Position numbers and translations under genes: made by a program. From an uncultured Anaerolineaceae bacterium (GTDB lineage: Bacteria; Chloroflexota; Anaerolineae; Aggregatilineales; Phototrophicaceae), in assembly GCA_964592955.1 (NCBI GenBank), contig CAZQIJ010000001.1, positions 1 to 40,206 of the forward strand: a DNA stretch of 40,206 nt. Direction: 5' to 3'. Below are positions 8,879 through 17,224 of the stretch, one piece after another (position 1 is the stretch's first letter; each line of letters opens with the position of its first letter). The notes beneath the pieces are model-generated. The model did no database searches. It saw only the letters and a program-made list of their open reading frames with translations, and was not told where the DNA came from.

Positions 8879-9646
8879 ATGACTCTTCCAGCCCTCACCC
8901 AGTGGGAGACCACGCGCGACCATCTGCATCAGGTTGCACAGATTTTGGGTAAGATCCGCAAGGCACATGTGCCTGCCCAACCGAATGCCCTGCACTGGAG
9001 TTTGCAGGTGGTCCCTGAAGGACTCACGACCGGCACGACCAAAATCGGTACGCTGACGCTGAACTTCGCGGAAGGCGCGGTTATTTATGCCGGTGACGAT
9101 GGTGCATCGGAACGCTATGCCCTGGACGACGCCGACGCGATGGACGATCTCGAACAGCTCATCCCCACAGTACCCACCACGCTGGAAGGCACCATGCATC
9201 TGCCGGTCGTGGTCGAAAAGACGTATGCGGTCGATGCGGCGCTGGCCGCCGATTATGCACAGGCGCTGTGGGCGATCTTCACGGCAGTGGCGCGGTTTCG
9301 GGCGCGCCTTAGCGGGACGATGACGCCGCTGGTGGTGTGGCCGCACCATTTTGACCTTTCCATGCTGTGGTTTGCTGGGGGAGAGGCGGACGAGCATCAC
9401 AAAGCGCACCTCAATTTCGGTTTCGCGCCGTTCAGCGAAGGCTTCAGCCGTCCATACCTCTATGTCTACGCCTGGCCGATGCCAGACGGTCTGGCGCAGC
9501 TTGCGCTGCCGACACCGGCGCGCTGGTACACCGGTGCGTGGTCAGGGGTTGTCATCGATTATGACAGCATCCGTGATGACGCTGACCGGCTGACACCGCT
9601 GCTGCACGCGATCTTCGAACTGCTGGCCCCCAGGTTACCGCGCTGA
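8879..9646 (+). CDS. Hypothetical protein, DUF5996-like
   Basis: The N-terminus 'LPALTQWETTRDHLHQVAQILGKIRKAHVP' resembles, from memory, the start of the DUF5996 family. The ORF opens at GTG 8810. ATG 8879 has AGGAAA 6 nt upstream. Confidence 0.55.
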   Translation: MTLPALTQWETTRDHLHQVAQILGKIRKAHVPAQPNALHWSLQVVPEGLTTGTTKIGTLTLNFAEGAVIYAGDDGASERYALDDADAMDDLEQLIPTVPTTLEGTMHLPVVVEKTYAVDAALAADYAQALWAIFTAVARFRARLSGTMTPLVVWPHHFDLSMLWFAGGEADEHHKAHLNFGFAPFSEGFSRPYLYVYAWPMPDGLAQLALPTPARWYTGAWSGVVIDYDSIRDDADRLTPLLHAIFELLAPRLPR

Positions 9647-9696
9647 CCTGTTGAAACAGGGTGCGCAGCGGCCAGGGGCGCGGCAACAGACAAAAG

Positions 9697-9726
9697 CACC
9701 GCTGTTCTCCGTAAAGAACAGCGGTG
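9697..9726 (-). terminator. Terminator downstream of the cyclase-kinase operon
   Basis: CACCGCTGTTCT (9697-9708) pairs with AGAACAGCGGTG (9715-9726), a perfect 12 bp stem. On the - strand it is followed by CTTTTGTCTGTT. Confidence 0.6.
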
Positions 9727-9759
9727 CAGGGTGCGCTTCATGTGGCGGGTCTGCGCTGG

Positions 9760-11289
9760 TCAACTGGTGACGCGCAGCGAATCCAGGATCAGTTGCAGAC
9801 TGCCAACGAACCTGTTGCCGCTTTCATCAGACGTATAGGTTTCCAGGACGACGAAGTAGGGCCCGCGCCGCATGTAAAAGACATCGAGCTGACCCGGCAG
9901 GAACTCGGCATGGTTTTCCATACGGTAACTGCGGCGGAGTGTGCCGTCTTCGGCAGTCGCCTCGTCGATGAGCTGCAGAGACTGGCGGGCATAGTAGCCT
10001 TCGTCATAACTCTGGATCTGTGCGGCGAAATCCGGTTCTGCCACAACCAGCGACAACGTTACAAACGCCTCATCGTCGTTCTGCCACATGTGGGCCTGGC
10101 GGTAGCTGTCTGATACATCTGCAAACTGCGCCCCCAACGGCATCCATTGTTCAGGCATCGAAATGCTGTAGCTCGTGTGATTGACCGTAGAGGCACGCGG
10201 GAAGGGGGTAGGAATGGCATCGACGCCGTTGGTCGTACTCACGAGAAACAGGGCACCTGCACCGCCAGCCAGGATCACCAGCAGCAGTACCAGCACCGCG
10301 ACCAGCGGCAGCGATCTGCGCTGGGGTTCGCCCGCGGGTTGTGTTCCAGTGCCCACCCCCGCAGCAGTTCCCGTGCCGGGTGCTGGAATTGCAGACGGGA
10401 TCGCAGGCATTTCGATGGCGGTTGCCATCGTGCTGTTCAGCGGCTGCGCGGGTTTGGGGCGTGGGGTACCCACCGGCTCCCTCAGCGCTACAGACAGGTC
10501 GTCGATCATTGCAGAAGCAGACGAATAGCGCTTATCCGGGTCTTTTGCTGTGGCTTTGGCAATGACATCTTCTACAGACTGGGGGACATCCGGGCGGAAC
10601 TCCGAGACCGGGGGCATCGGCTCGTTAATATGCTTGAGCAGGATGGCCATCGGGGTTTCGGCCTGGTACGGGGCACGCCCGGTAATCATCTCGAACATCA
10701 CGACACCCAGCGCATAGATGTCTGAACGTCCGTCGATAGGCATACCGTTCGCCTGTTCCGGAGACATATAGGCCGGTGTGCCCACAATCATGCTCCCGGT
10801 GAGGTTACTGCCCAGAACACGCGCAATGCCGAAATCGCTGAGGTAGGCATTGCCATTCTCATCCAGCATGATGTTGCCGGGTTTGAGGTCACGGTGGATG
10901 ATCCCCTGCCGGTGCGCGTAATCGAGCGCCTGGGCAATCTGGCGCAGGGGTTGTTCCAGTTCCGAAAGCGACATCGGGCCGCGCCGGATACGCTGATCCA
11001 GGCTGCCGCCGCCCAGGTAACGCATGGCGATGAACGGAACGTTATCGGTTTGCCCATAATCGTAAATGGGCAGAATGTGCGGATGCTCCAGATGCGAGAT
11101 AACGTCCACCTCGCGTTCGAACCGCTCATAGAAACCGGGATCGTGCAGCAGATGCTGCGGCAGCACTTTAACCGCCACAATCCGATTCATGGTGAGCTGC
11201 CGCGCGCGATACACGGAAGCCATACCGCCACGCCCGATTTCTTCCATAATTTCGAACTGACCCAGTACTTTGCCCTGTAGATTGGTCAT
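9760..11289 (-). CDS. Hanks-type Ser/Thr protein kinase, single-pass membrane, with an uncharacterised extracytoplasmic C-terminal domain
   Basis: 'GRGGMASVYRA..VAVKVL', 'HRDLKPGNIML', 'DFGIA' and 'GTPAYMSPEQ'. These are followed by a Pro-rich linker, the TM segment 'LPLVAVLVLLLVILAGGAGALFLV' and ~150 aa outside. Confidence 0.9.
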   Translation of the reverse strand: MTNLQGKVLGQFEIMEEIGRGGMASVYRARQLTMNRIVAVKVLPQHLLHDPGFYERFEREVDVISHLEHPHILPIYDYGQTDNVPFIAMRYLGGGSLDQRIRRGPMSLSELEQPLRQIAQALDYAHRQGIIHRDLKPGNIMLDENGNAYLSDFGIARVLGSNLTGSMIVGTPAYMSPEQANGMPIDGRSDIYALGVVMFEMITGRAPYQAETPMAILLKHINEPMPPVSEFRPDVPQSVEDVIAKATAKDPDKRYSSASAMIDDLSVALREPVGTPRPKPAQPLNSTMATAIEMPAIPSAIPAPGTGTAAGVGTGTQPAGEPQRRSLPLVAVLVLLLVILAGGAGALFLVSTTNGVDAIPTPFPRASTVNHTSYSISMPEQWMPLGAQFADVSDSYRQAHMWQNDDEAFVTLSLVVAEPDFAAQIQSYDEGYYARQSLQLIDEATAEDGTLRRSYRMENHAEFLPGQLDVFYMRRGPYFVVLETYTSDESGNRFVGSLQLILDSLRVTS

Positions 11290-11298
11290 GTCGTATCG

Positions 11299-13155
11299 TT
11301 AATCCTTGAGATCCTTCAGCAGATCAGCCAACTCTGGATCAATAAACAGATTGCCGGTGCTTGTCCCTTTACGGCGTTTGATAACACGATACCCGAATAC
11401 CAGATCGGGGTAGCCCTTGGTCTTTTCGAGTGTTACATGTTCAACCTCGAAATCGTCCTTAACATACTCATAGGTCGCCTGGCTGATGATGATGCTGCCG
11501 TAGGCGTTTTCCTGCAGCACTTTGCTGATGTCCATCGCCTCACCCAGCGCCGCGAACTCCTTACGGCTGCTGCTGCCCACATTACCCAGAACCGCCATGC
11601 CCGTATGAACGCCCACCCCATAATAGAGGCGCTGCTCTTCTGGCAGGGTTTCGTGCAGGGCATAAAGATCGTAGAGCATGCTGAGGGCCGCACGCACGGC
11701 ACGCACAGCATGGTCAGTCTGCGGGTTCAACTGCGTGTTGAAGAGGCCAGTTACCGCATCCCCCATATACTTATCGACAATGCCCTCATAGAGGTTGATG
11801 GCATCGCTGGCAACGCTAAGGTACTGGTTAATCACGCGCATCAGGGTTTCGGGTTCCAGTTTCTCGCTGAAGCTGGTAAACCCGCGCACATCCGCGAAAA
11901 TGGCGGTAATTTCGCGTTCCTGGCCGCCCACATTGATTTCAGAGACACTGCGAATATTCTTCACAAGCGCGGTAGGCAGGTAGCGCCCTACCTCTGCAAG
12001 CTGAGCTTCGCGCCGCTTGTTCTCCGTAAGATCGTCCAGCACCAGCGCCAGCCCCAGCCCGCGCCTGAAGGAATCGCGCAGCGGCGTGGCATTGATATTC
12101 CAGTAACGGAGGCCATCGGCAAATTCCGGCTGCACTTCTACAATGACCTGCCGCCCAGAGGACTGTACCTGATTCAGCGTGGTATAGAAATCCTCTTCCA
12201 GCGGCGGCATGAGATCTGTCAGCGGCATTCCCATCACATCGACCGTCACACCCAGGATCTTCTGGGCTGCGCTGTTGCAGGCCGTTACGTTGCCCTGGCT
12301 GTCTGTCGTAATTACGCCGCTCACAATGGACTCGAAGATGTTGTTCATCAGGTCGCGCAGTTCAGTGATCTGGGCAAGCTGATGGCGTGTTGACTCAAAG
12401 AGGCGCGCGTTATCGATGGCGACTGCGGCCTGGTTGGCGAAGGCGGTGAGCAGTTCCAGATCATGGGGCTGGAATAGGCCTGCCAGAATGCGGTTGTCGC
12501 AATAGACCACGCCTATCACTTCATTGCGCACCTTCAAAGGCACAGCCAGGATGCTGCGCAGGGCATAACCGACGATGCTGTGGCGCTGCTGGTAGCGCTC
12601 GTCCTGGCTGGCATTATCGGTCAGAACGGGTTGCCCCGTAGTCGCAACCTCGTTGACGATGCTGCGGCTCACGATAAATTCGCTGCGCTGTGTTCCGCTA
12701 TCTCCGGCGGTGGGGGAAATCGCAAGCTGTTCCTTGTCCATACCGCGCGCCACGCGGAACTCATCCAGCTCACCTGTCTGGCGGTTCTTAAGGACGATGT
12801 AGCCACGTTCTGCCCCGGTGAGCTGAATCACCGTATCGATAACCTGGTTCAGGACCTCGTTGGTATCCAGCGTAGAGGTAATCAGCGCGGCGGTTTCTGC
12901 CAGCGCCCGCAGTTGGCGCAGCTCAACCTGTGTGTGGACGATATGTTTGCTGATCTCTTCCAACCGCGCGCGAAGCGATTTCAGCCCCTCCAGAGAACCG
13001 GTAGGCAGGTTCATACCGCGGCGACGCAATAAATCCTGTTGGCTGCGCAGTAGTTCAGTAACATCATCGATGTGGCGCATAAGCTGCCGAATACGTTCCT
13101 GTGATGAAGGCGGTTCGTCAGGTGTGCGGATCTTGTTGGTCTCTTCAATCGACAT
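11299..13155 (-). CDS. Class III adenylate/guanylate cyclase with coiled-coil, GAF and PAS domains (metal-site-competent, transition-state residues degenerate)
   Basis: GAF ('LTGAERGYIVLKN..VPLKVRNEVIGVVYCDN'), PAS ('IFESIVSGVITTDSQGNVTACNSAAQKILG') and cyclase ('ITAIFADVRGFTSFSE', 'VDKYMGDAVTGLFN'). The late motif reads 'LGEAMDISKVLQE' instead of GDxVNxAxRxE. Confidence 0.9.
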   Translation of the reverse strand: MSIEETNKIRTPDEPPSSQERIRQLMRHIDDVTELLRSQQDLLRRRGMNLPTGSLEGLKSLRARLEEISKHIVHTQVELRQLRALAETAALITSTLDTNEVLNQVIDTVIQLTGAERGYIVLKNRQTGELDEFRVARGMDKEQLAISPTAGDSGTQRSEFIVSRSIVNEVATTGQPVLTDNASQDERYQQRHSIVGYALRSILAVPLKVRNEVIGVVYCDNRILAGLFQPHDLELLTAFANQAAVAIDNARLFESTRHQLAQITELRDLMNNIFESIVSGVITTDSQGNVTACNSAAQKILGVTVDVMGMPLTDLMPPLEEDFYTTLNQVQSSGRQVIVEVQPEFADGLRYWNINATPLRDSFRRGLGLALVLDDLTENKRREAQLAEVGRYLPTALVKNIRSVSEINVGGQEREITAIFADVRGFTSFSEKLEPETLMRVINQYLSVASDAINLYEGIVDKYMGDAVTGLFNTQLNPQTDHAVRAVRAALSMLYDLYALHETLPEEQRLYYGVGVHTGMAVLGNVGSSSRKEFAALGEAMDISKVLQENAYGSIIISQATYEYVKDDFEVEHVTLEKTKGYPDLVFGYRVIKRRKGTSTGNLFIDPELADLLKDLKD

Positions 13156-13158
13156 AGG

Positions 13159-14922
13159 TTAAAGCCTGAATATCTCGTATACGCGGGTCTTTTGCTGGCG
13201 TCCTTTAGCCTGAATCGGTTCCAGTTCCTGGTAGCGAAAGCTCAGCGGCTGGCCAGATGCTTCCAGATAGGCCAAGGTGTACTCGCTGATAATCATCTGA
13301 CCGGGTGTCGCATTTTCTTCCAGACGTTTGGACAGGTTGATTGTGTCGCCGATGGCGGTGAAATCGCGGCGATGGCTGCTGCCCACATTGCCCAGCGTCG
13401 CTACACCAGAGTTAATGCCGAGACGGTAATAGTGGGGGTCGGGGGCAAGTCCCAGTTCCGCATAAAGTTCGACAAAGGCATCGCGGATGAGCAGCGCCGC
13501 TTCCACCGCCTGCGCGGCGTGATCCTGCATAGGGTTAAGCTGTGAATTAAACAACCCCATGACATCGGTCCCCATGTATTTGTCGATCACACCCTTCACC
13601 TGATGAATGCATTCGGTCGCACGGGAGAGATAGACATTAACCATTTCCATGATCTGCGGTGGACGCAGCCCGGTGGGCATAGACGCGATCGAACGAACAT
13701 CGACGAACATGCAGGTCACTTCGCGGCGTTCACCACCAAGATCAAGACGGGCAATCGAATGGATGTTATCGACCATTTCCGGCGGCAGATAACGCTTCAT
13801 GATCGTAAGCATTTCTTCGCGCTCGCGCTGCTCTGTAACGTCGTCCAGCACAATGGCCGAGCCCTGAGGATTGCCGCCAGCGTCTTTCAGCGGGCTGAGC
13901 TTCATATTCACAGAGATATCGCGTTTGGCGACCGCCATCCGCCCTTCAAAGACCTGTTTCTCGTCTCCGCGCTGCACTTTGCCAAGCGCTTCTGCAAACT
14001 CATCCCCCAGATCGCTCAGCAGTTCCTTCAGCGGTTTACCCAGCACTGCGCCACGGTCATGGCGCGCCAGGATAGCGGCGGCGGCCCGGTTCAGGGTGAG
14101 GATCAGATTCTCGATATCGATGGTGATGACACCGCTTCCGATCGACTCAAATACGTTGTCGATCAGGTCTTTTACTTCGGTGATTTCTGCCAGCGATTTC
14201 TTGAGCGCAGCGTACAGGCGCGCGTTCTCCATGGCGACTGCGGCCTGGTTGGCGAAAGCGACGAGCAGTGTCTTCTCGCGCTGTTCAAAGACCCCGGTGC
14301 GCAGGCGGTTATCCACATACACTGCGCCGATAATCTCGCCTTTGTAGTTGAGCGGCACACACAGCACAGAGCGCAGGGTAAGCGCGGCGATGCTCACGTT
14401 GTTGGCCAGCCGCTCATCCTTATAGGCGTTGTCCGTTAGCATGGGGGTGCCTGTATCTAACACTTCGCGGACAATCGTCATGCTGATTTGTGGGGTGCCG
14501 CCATTGGTGGTGTGGCCGGCCAGTTCGTTTTCGCGCCGCACGGGGAACAGGATGTCTCCGGTTTGAAGTTCGCGCAGAATGATGTAACCCCGTTCTGCAC
14601 CCGTAAGGCTGATGATGACATCCATCGCATTGGTGAGGATGGTATTCATTTCCAGCGACGAGTTGATCATCGCGGCATTATCCGCTAATGACCGCAGTTG
14701 CCCCAGTTCGGTGGTCTCGCTGGTCAGGGAATGCTCCAGCATATTGAGTTCGTTGACAATGGTTGTAAGGACCTGCATCGTCATCGGCGGGAGCGTAAGC
14801 CCTCGCGTCTTCAGGATATCACGCTGACTGCGCAGAGATGTCGTTATTTCTTCCGCCAGGGATTTGAGCTTTTCGACTTCGCCCAGCATACCTGGATGTT
14901 GTGAGGAATTTTCATCAACCAT
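13159..14922 (-). CDS. Class III adenylate/guanylate cyclase with coiled-coil, GAF and PAS domains (paralog; Asn/Arg intact, metal motifs degenerate)
   Basis: It has the same architecture and aligns end to end with the downstream gene. Cyclase motifs are 'VTCMFVDVRSIASMPT', 'IDKYMGTDVMGLFN', 'IGDTINLSKRLEE' and 'KGRQQKTRVYEI'. It is 3 nt from the next gene. Confidence 0.9.
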   Translation of the reverse strand: MVDENSSQHPGMLGEVEKLKSLAEEITTSLRSQRDILKTRGLTLPPMTMQVLTTIVNELNMLEHSLTSETTELGQLRSLADNAAMINSSLEMNTILTNAMDVIISLTGAERGYIILRELQTGDILFPVRRENELAGHTTNGGTPQISMTIVREVLDTGTPMLTDNAYKDERLANNVSIAALTLRSVLCVPLNYKGEIIGAVYVDNRLRTGVFEQREKTLLVAFANQAAVAMENARLYAALKKSLAEITEVKDLIDNVFESIGSGVITIDIENLILTLNRAAAAILARHDRGAVLGKPLKELLSDLGDEFAEALGKVQRGDEKQVFEGRMAVAKRDISVNMKLSPLKDAGGNPQGSAIVLDDVTEQREREEMLTIMKRYLPPEMVDNIHSIARLDLGGERREVTCMFVDVRSIASMPTGLRPPQIMEMVNVYLSRATECIHQVKGVIDKYMGTDVMGLFNSQLNPMQDHAAQAVEAALLIRDAFVELYAELGLAPDPHYYRLGINSGVATLGNVGSSHRRDFTAIGDTINLSKRLEENATPGQMIISEYTLAYLEASGQPLSFRYQELEPIQAKGRQQKTRVYEIFRL

Positions 14923-14957
14923 AAGTTTACTCTGAAGATCGGCTTAATGGTAACCGT

Positions 14958-14986
14958 AGTATATAGGTGGCTTTGGGAAGGCGCAA
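14958..14986 (-). promoter_or_regulatory. Candidate promoter of the cyclase-cyclase-kinase operon
   Basis: On the - strand: TTGCGC (14986-14981), a 17 nt spacer, then TATACT (14963-14958), about 35 nt upstream of the ATG at 14922. Pattern match only. Confidence 0.35.
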
Positions 14987-15192
14987 CTTTCATCCCCGTC
15001 TCTGGTGTTACGATTCAGGAACGCTGATTGCAACGATGTTTCTGATTGTAGCGCATTTGCGCCGCGATTGCGCTGGTCTGGTGCATGTGGGGCGACCAAT
15101 CACCGGCAATAACCGGGGCAGAGTCATGAAGTCGTGCTTTTTCGTGTTAGACTGGACGTTGGAATTTACGAACCAGAATTGGAGAACGTGAG

Positions 15193-15717
15193 ATGGCACA
15201 GCAGCTTATCGTCGCGATTTTCCCTTCGCGCACCGGGCTTACCAAAGCACTGAATTCTGTTGTCCGCATAGAGGGGTTGGACGTTCAGCGTGCCGCTATT
15301 GTTGCGAAAGCGGCAAGCGGCGAAACAGTCATCATCGATGACAAAATCAGTGCAGATGAAGGCGGCATTACCGGAGGAACACTGGGAGCCGCGATGACGG
15401 CGCTTGGCCTGGTGCAGTTGGGTGCGCTAACGCTCCCTGGTGTGGGGCCGATTATCGCGCTGGGTGCAGGCGTGCTCGTTGGCGGATTGGTAGGGAATGC
15501 CACCGGCAGATTTGCCGCCAATCTGCTGGAATCTGGCTTCAAAACGTTTCAGATCGAAGACCTTGAGACGAACTTGCAGGAAGGCAACCCGGCCCTGGTG
15601 CTTGAGGTTACAGGAGACAGCTCCGTGCTGGCACGGTTGAGGCAGGATCTGGCTGCGTTCGGGGCGCAGGTGGTGGAGCGCCCTGGTAAAACCGGGACGC
15701 TGACGCAGCATCCATGA
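15193..15717 (+). CDS. DUF1269-family membrane protein (glycine zipper)
   Basis: 'LIVAIFPSRTGLTKAL..AAIVAKAASGETVIIDD' followed by 'GGTLGAAMTALGLVQLGALTLPGVGPIIALGAGVLVGGLVG'. GGAGAA lies 8 nt upstream of the ATG. Confidence 0.75.
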   Translation: MAQQLIVAIFPSRTGLTKALNSVVRIEGLDVQRAAIVAKAASGETVIIDDKISADEGGITGGTLGAAMTALGLVQLGALTLPGVGPIIALGAGVLVGGLVGNATGRFAANLLESGFKTFQIEDLETNLQEGNPALVLEVTGDSSVLARLRQDLAAFGAQVVERPGKTGTLTQHP

Positions 15718-15844
15718 GAGAGGTGTGCCGCTTACGCCAGGCCGACGGTTCTTGCGTGGCAGAGACAAAATTTTAGCTGTACCTGTTTACCCAGTAGATA
15801 TTTATTGACGACTTAATAAAATAAACGTAACTGCTCAGGTATCT

Positions 15845-15960
15845 TTGCCCCTCACCCCTAAATCCCCTCAGCCCACGCAGGGGCGAGGGAACTTTAGGAC
15901 CTGCGATTCACCCCCTCAGATCCTCAGTGGGAGAAGGAGGCAGGGAGGCTGAGGGGCATG
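15845..15960. repeat. Cluster of CCCCTCA / TGAGGGG G-tract repeats forming nested imperfect palindromes
   Basis: CCCCTCA occurs at 15850, 15864 and 15912, and its complement TGAGGGG at 15950. CCCTCACCCC (15849-15858) pairs 9/10 with GGGGCGAGGG (15880-15889). CCCCTCAG (15912-15919) pairs with CTGAGGGG (15949-15956). The cluster lies next to an AT-rich stretch (15770-15840). Confidence 0.4.
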
Positions 15961-16234
15961 AAAAAGCGCAGCAGAACCGACCTGCTTGGTTACCCATGTG
16001 CGCTGCACAACCGACCCACCAACCAGGTGTTGACGGCCAAATTTACGAAACTGAAACAATGTTGCAGTCTCTAAACGCGTTTCAGGCTGACCACCCGACC
16101 TCATCATGAATAGTAGTTGAACTGACATTCATGCAACATCGTGGCAGCTTAAAAATGGTGATCCCTCAGTTGCTTACACTGCCAGCATCAGCGCGACGCT
16201 GGGTCAGTTGGGGGTATAAGTGTCTCTCCACACC

Positions 16235-16642
16235 TTATTTCACATCGCCGAGCGGCATCTGAGATTTCAGAAGATCGGCCTGGATGCGTGCTTCGTCCAG
16301 TGTGGATACGATGTGGACATTGCGGCCAAGCTCACGGTACACCATACGGAAACTATTGATCATGGTTTGCATGAACTGGTTGGTTGTGACGAAAATAACC
16401 TGATCTGCCGGGTTTGTACGCACCTGCATCGCATTCCGCCCATGCATGACCATGCCGAGGGGCTTTGTGGTGTTCTTCGTCATATCTAGAATGTTGACGA
16501 TGGGTTGGCGAGCCACTTCGGCAGCTCGTAAATTGCGGGTCTCGGCGACGGCGGCATAGAAGTCTTCCCACGTCCATGTACCCACCATCTCCCATCGAAT
16601 AACGGTGTGTGCTTCAGTATCCCATTGAATTGTTATTGGCAT
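16235..16642 (-). CDS. Hypothetical protein (135 aa)
   Basis: The ORF has protein-like composition ('MPITIQWDTEAHTVIRWEMVGTWTWEDFYAAV..'). ATG 16642 has GAAGGA 9 nt upstream. The longer ORF to 16771 would overlap the divergent thioesterase start. No family was recognised. Confidence 0.6.
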   Translation of the reverse strand: MPITIQWDTEAHTVIRWEMVGTWTWEDFYAAVAETRNLRAAEVARQPIVNILDMTKNTTKPLGMVMHGRNAMQVRTNPADQVIFVTTNQFMQTMINSFRMVYRELGRNVHIVSTLDEARIQADLLKSQMPLGDVK

Positions 16643-16744
16643 CGCGCAATCCTTCAACTCTTTCTGGAGTTTAACCGAAGTCTCGCGCGTTTTGTTGTTA
16701 AATTTTATTGGGCGCTCATTTAAGAAAGTGATGGAATTGCTTTC

Positions 16745-17200
16745 GTGACAGACTATCCTTACCCAATCCAAAGTTCGCGCTTTCTTTCTGCGCCGGTTCC
16801 TGCCGGTTTCGGGGTACAGTTCTATGCGGATGCACCTGGAAGCCTGTTTGCCGAGTTAGAAGTGGATGCCAGCAAAGAAGGACCGCCAGGGCATGTGCAT
16901 GGCGGGGCGCTGGTTACACTGGTTGATGAAGCGATGGGCGGGGCGGCGTGGAATGCCGGTTACCGTGTTCTGGCGGTCAACCTTAACATTAACCTGCGCC
17001 TGGCAGTACCGCTCGCGGTGCGGGTGCGCGTAACAGGTCGCGTGGAACGCAAAGAGGGACGCAAAATCATTACAGCAGGCACACTCACCCTGCCGGATGG
17101 GCGTGTCGCTGTAGAGGGTACTGGAATCTTTGTCGAAGCGCCGCACCTTCTGGGAGACAAGGGCATGAACCCTTTCTTACGCTTCGACCCTGACCGTTAG
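16745..17200 (+). CDS. PaaI-family hotdog-fold thioesterase
   Basis: 'GHVHGGALVTLVDEAMGGAAW' and a C-terminal 'GRKIITAGTLTLPDGRVAVEGTGIFV'. GTG start. Confidence 0.8.
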   Translation: MTDYPYPIQSSRFLSAPVPAGFGVQFYADAPGSLFAELEVDASKEGPPGHVHGGALVTLVDEAMGGAAWNAGYRVLAVNLNINLRLAVPLAVRVRVTGRVERKEGRKIITAGTLTLPDGRVAVEGTGIFVEAPHLLGDKGMNPFLRFDPDR

Positions 17201-17224
17201 CTGCTGCTGACGGATGTGGCCCAA

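Noticed and set aside
7594-8952. A 452 aa + strand ORF antisense to the aminotransferase gene.
   Set aside because: The minus-strand frame carries the full PLP-aminotransferase motif set. The + frame has low-complexity, Arg/His-rich composition and no start context.
11299-14922. The cyclase pair as a cyclic-nucleotide anti-phage system (Pycsar/CBASS-like).
   Set aside because: No effector gene (TIR, TM pore, nuclease, phospholipase) is adjacent. The proteins are large GAF-PAS sensor cyclases co-operonic with a housekeeping-type Ser/Thr kinase. That fits ordinary signalling rather than defence.
15916-16128. Overlapping 70 aa (-) and 60 aa (+) ORFs in the 15.7-16.2 kb spacer.
   Set aside because: They occupy the same DNA on opposite strands, begin inside the G-tract repeat cluster and lack ribosome-binding sites.
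16643-16771. An N-terminal extension of the 16235 ORF to 178 aa.
   Set aside because: The extension would overlap the divergent thioesterase start at 16745 and has AT-rich, non-protein-like composition. ATG 16642 has a good SD.
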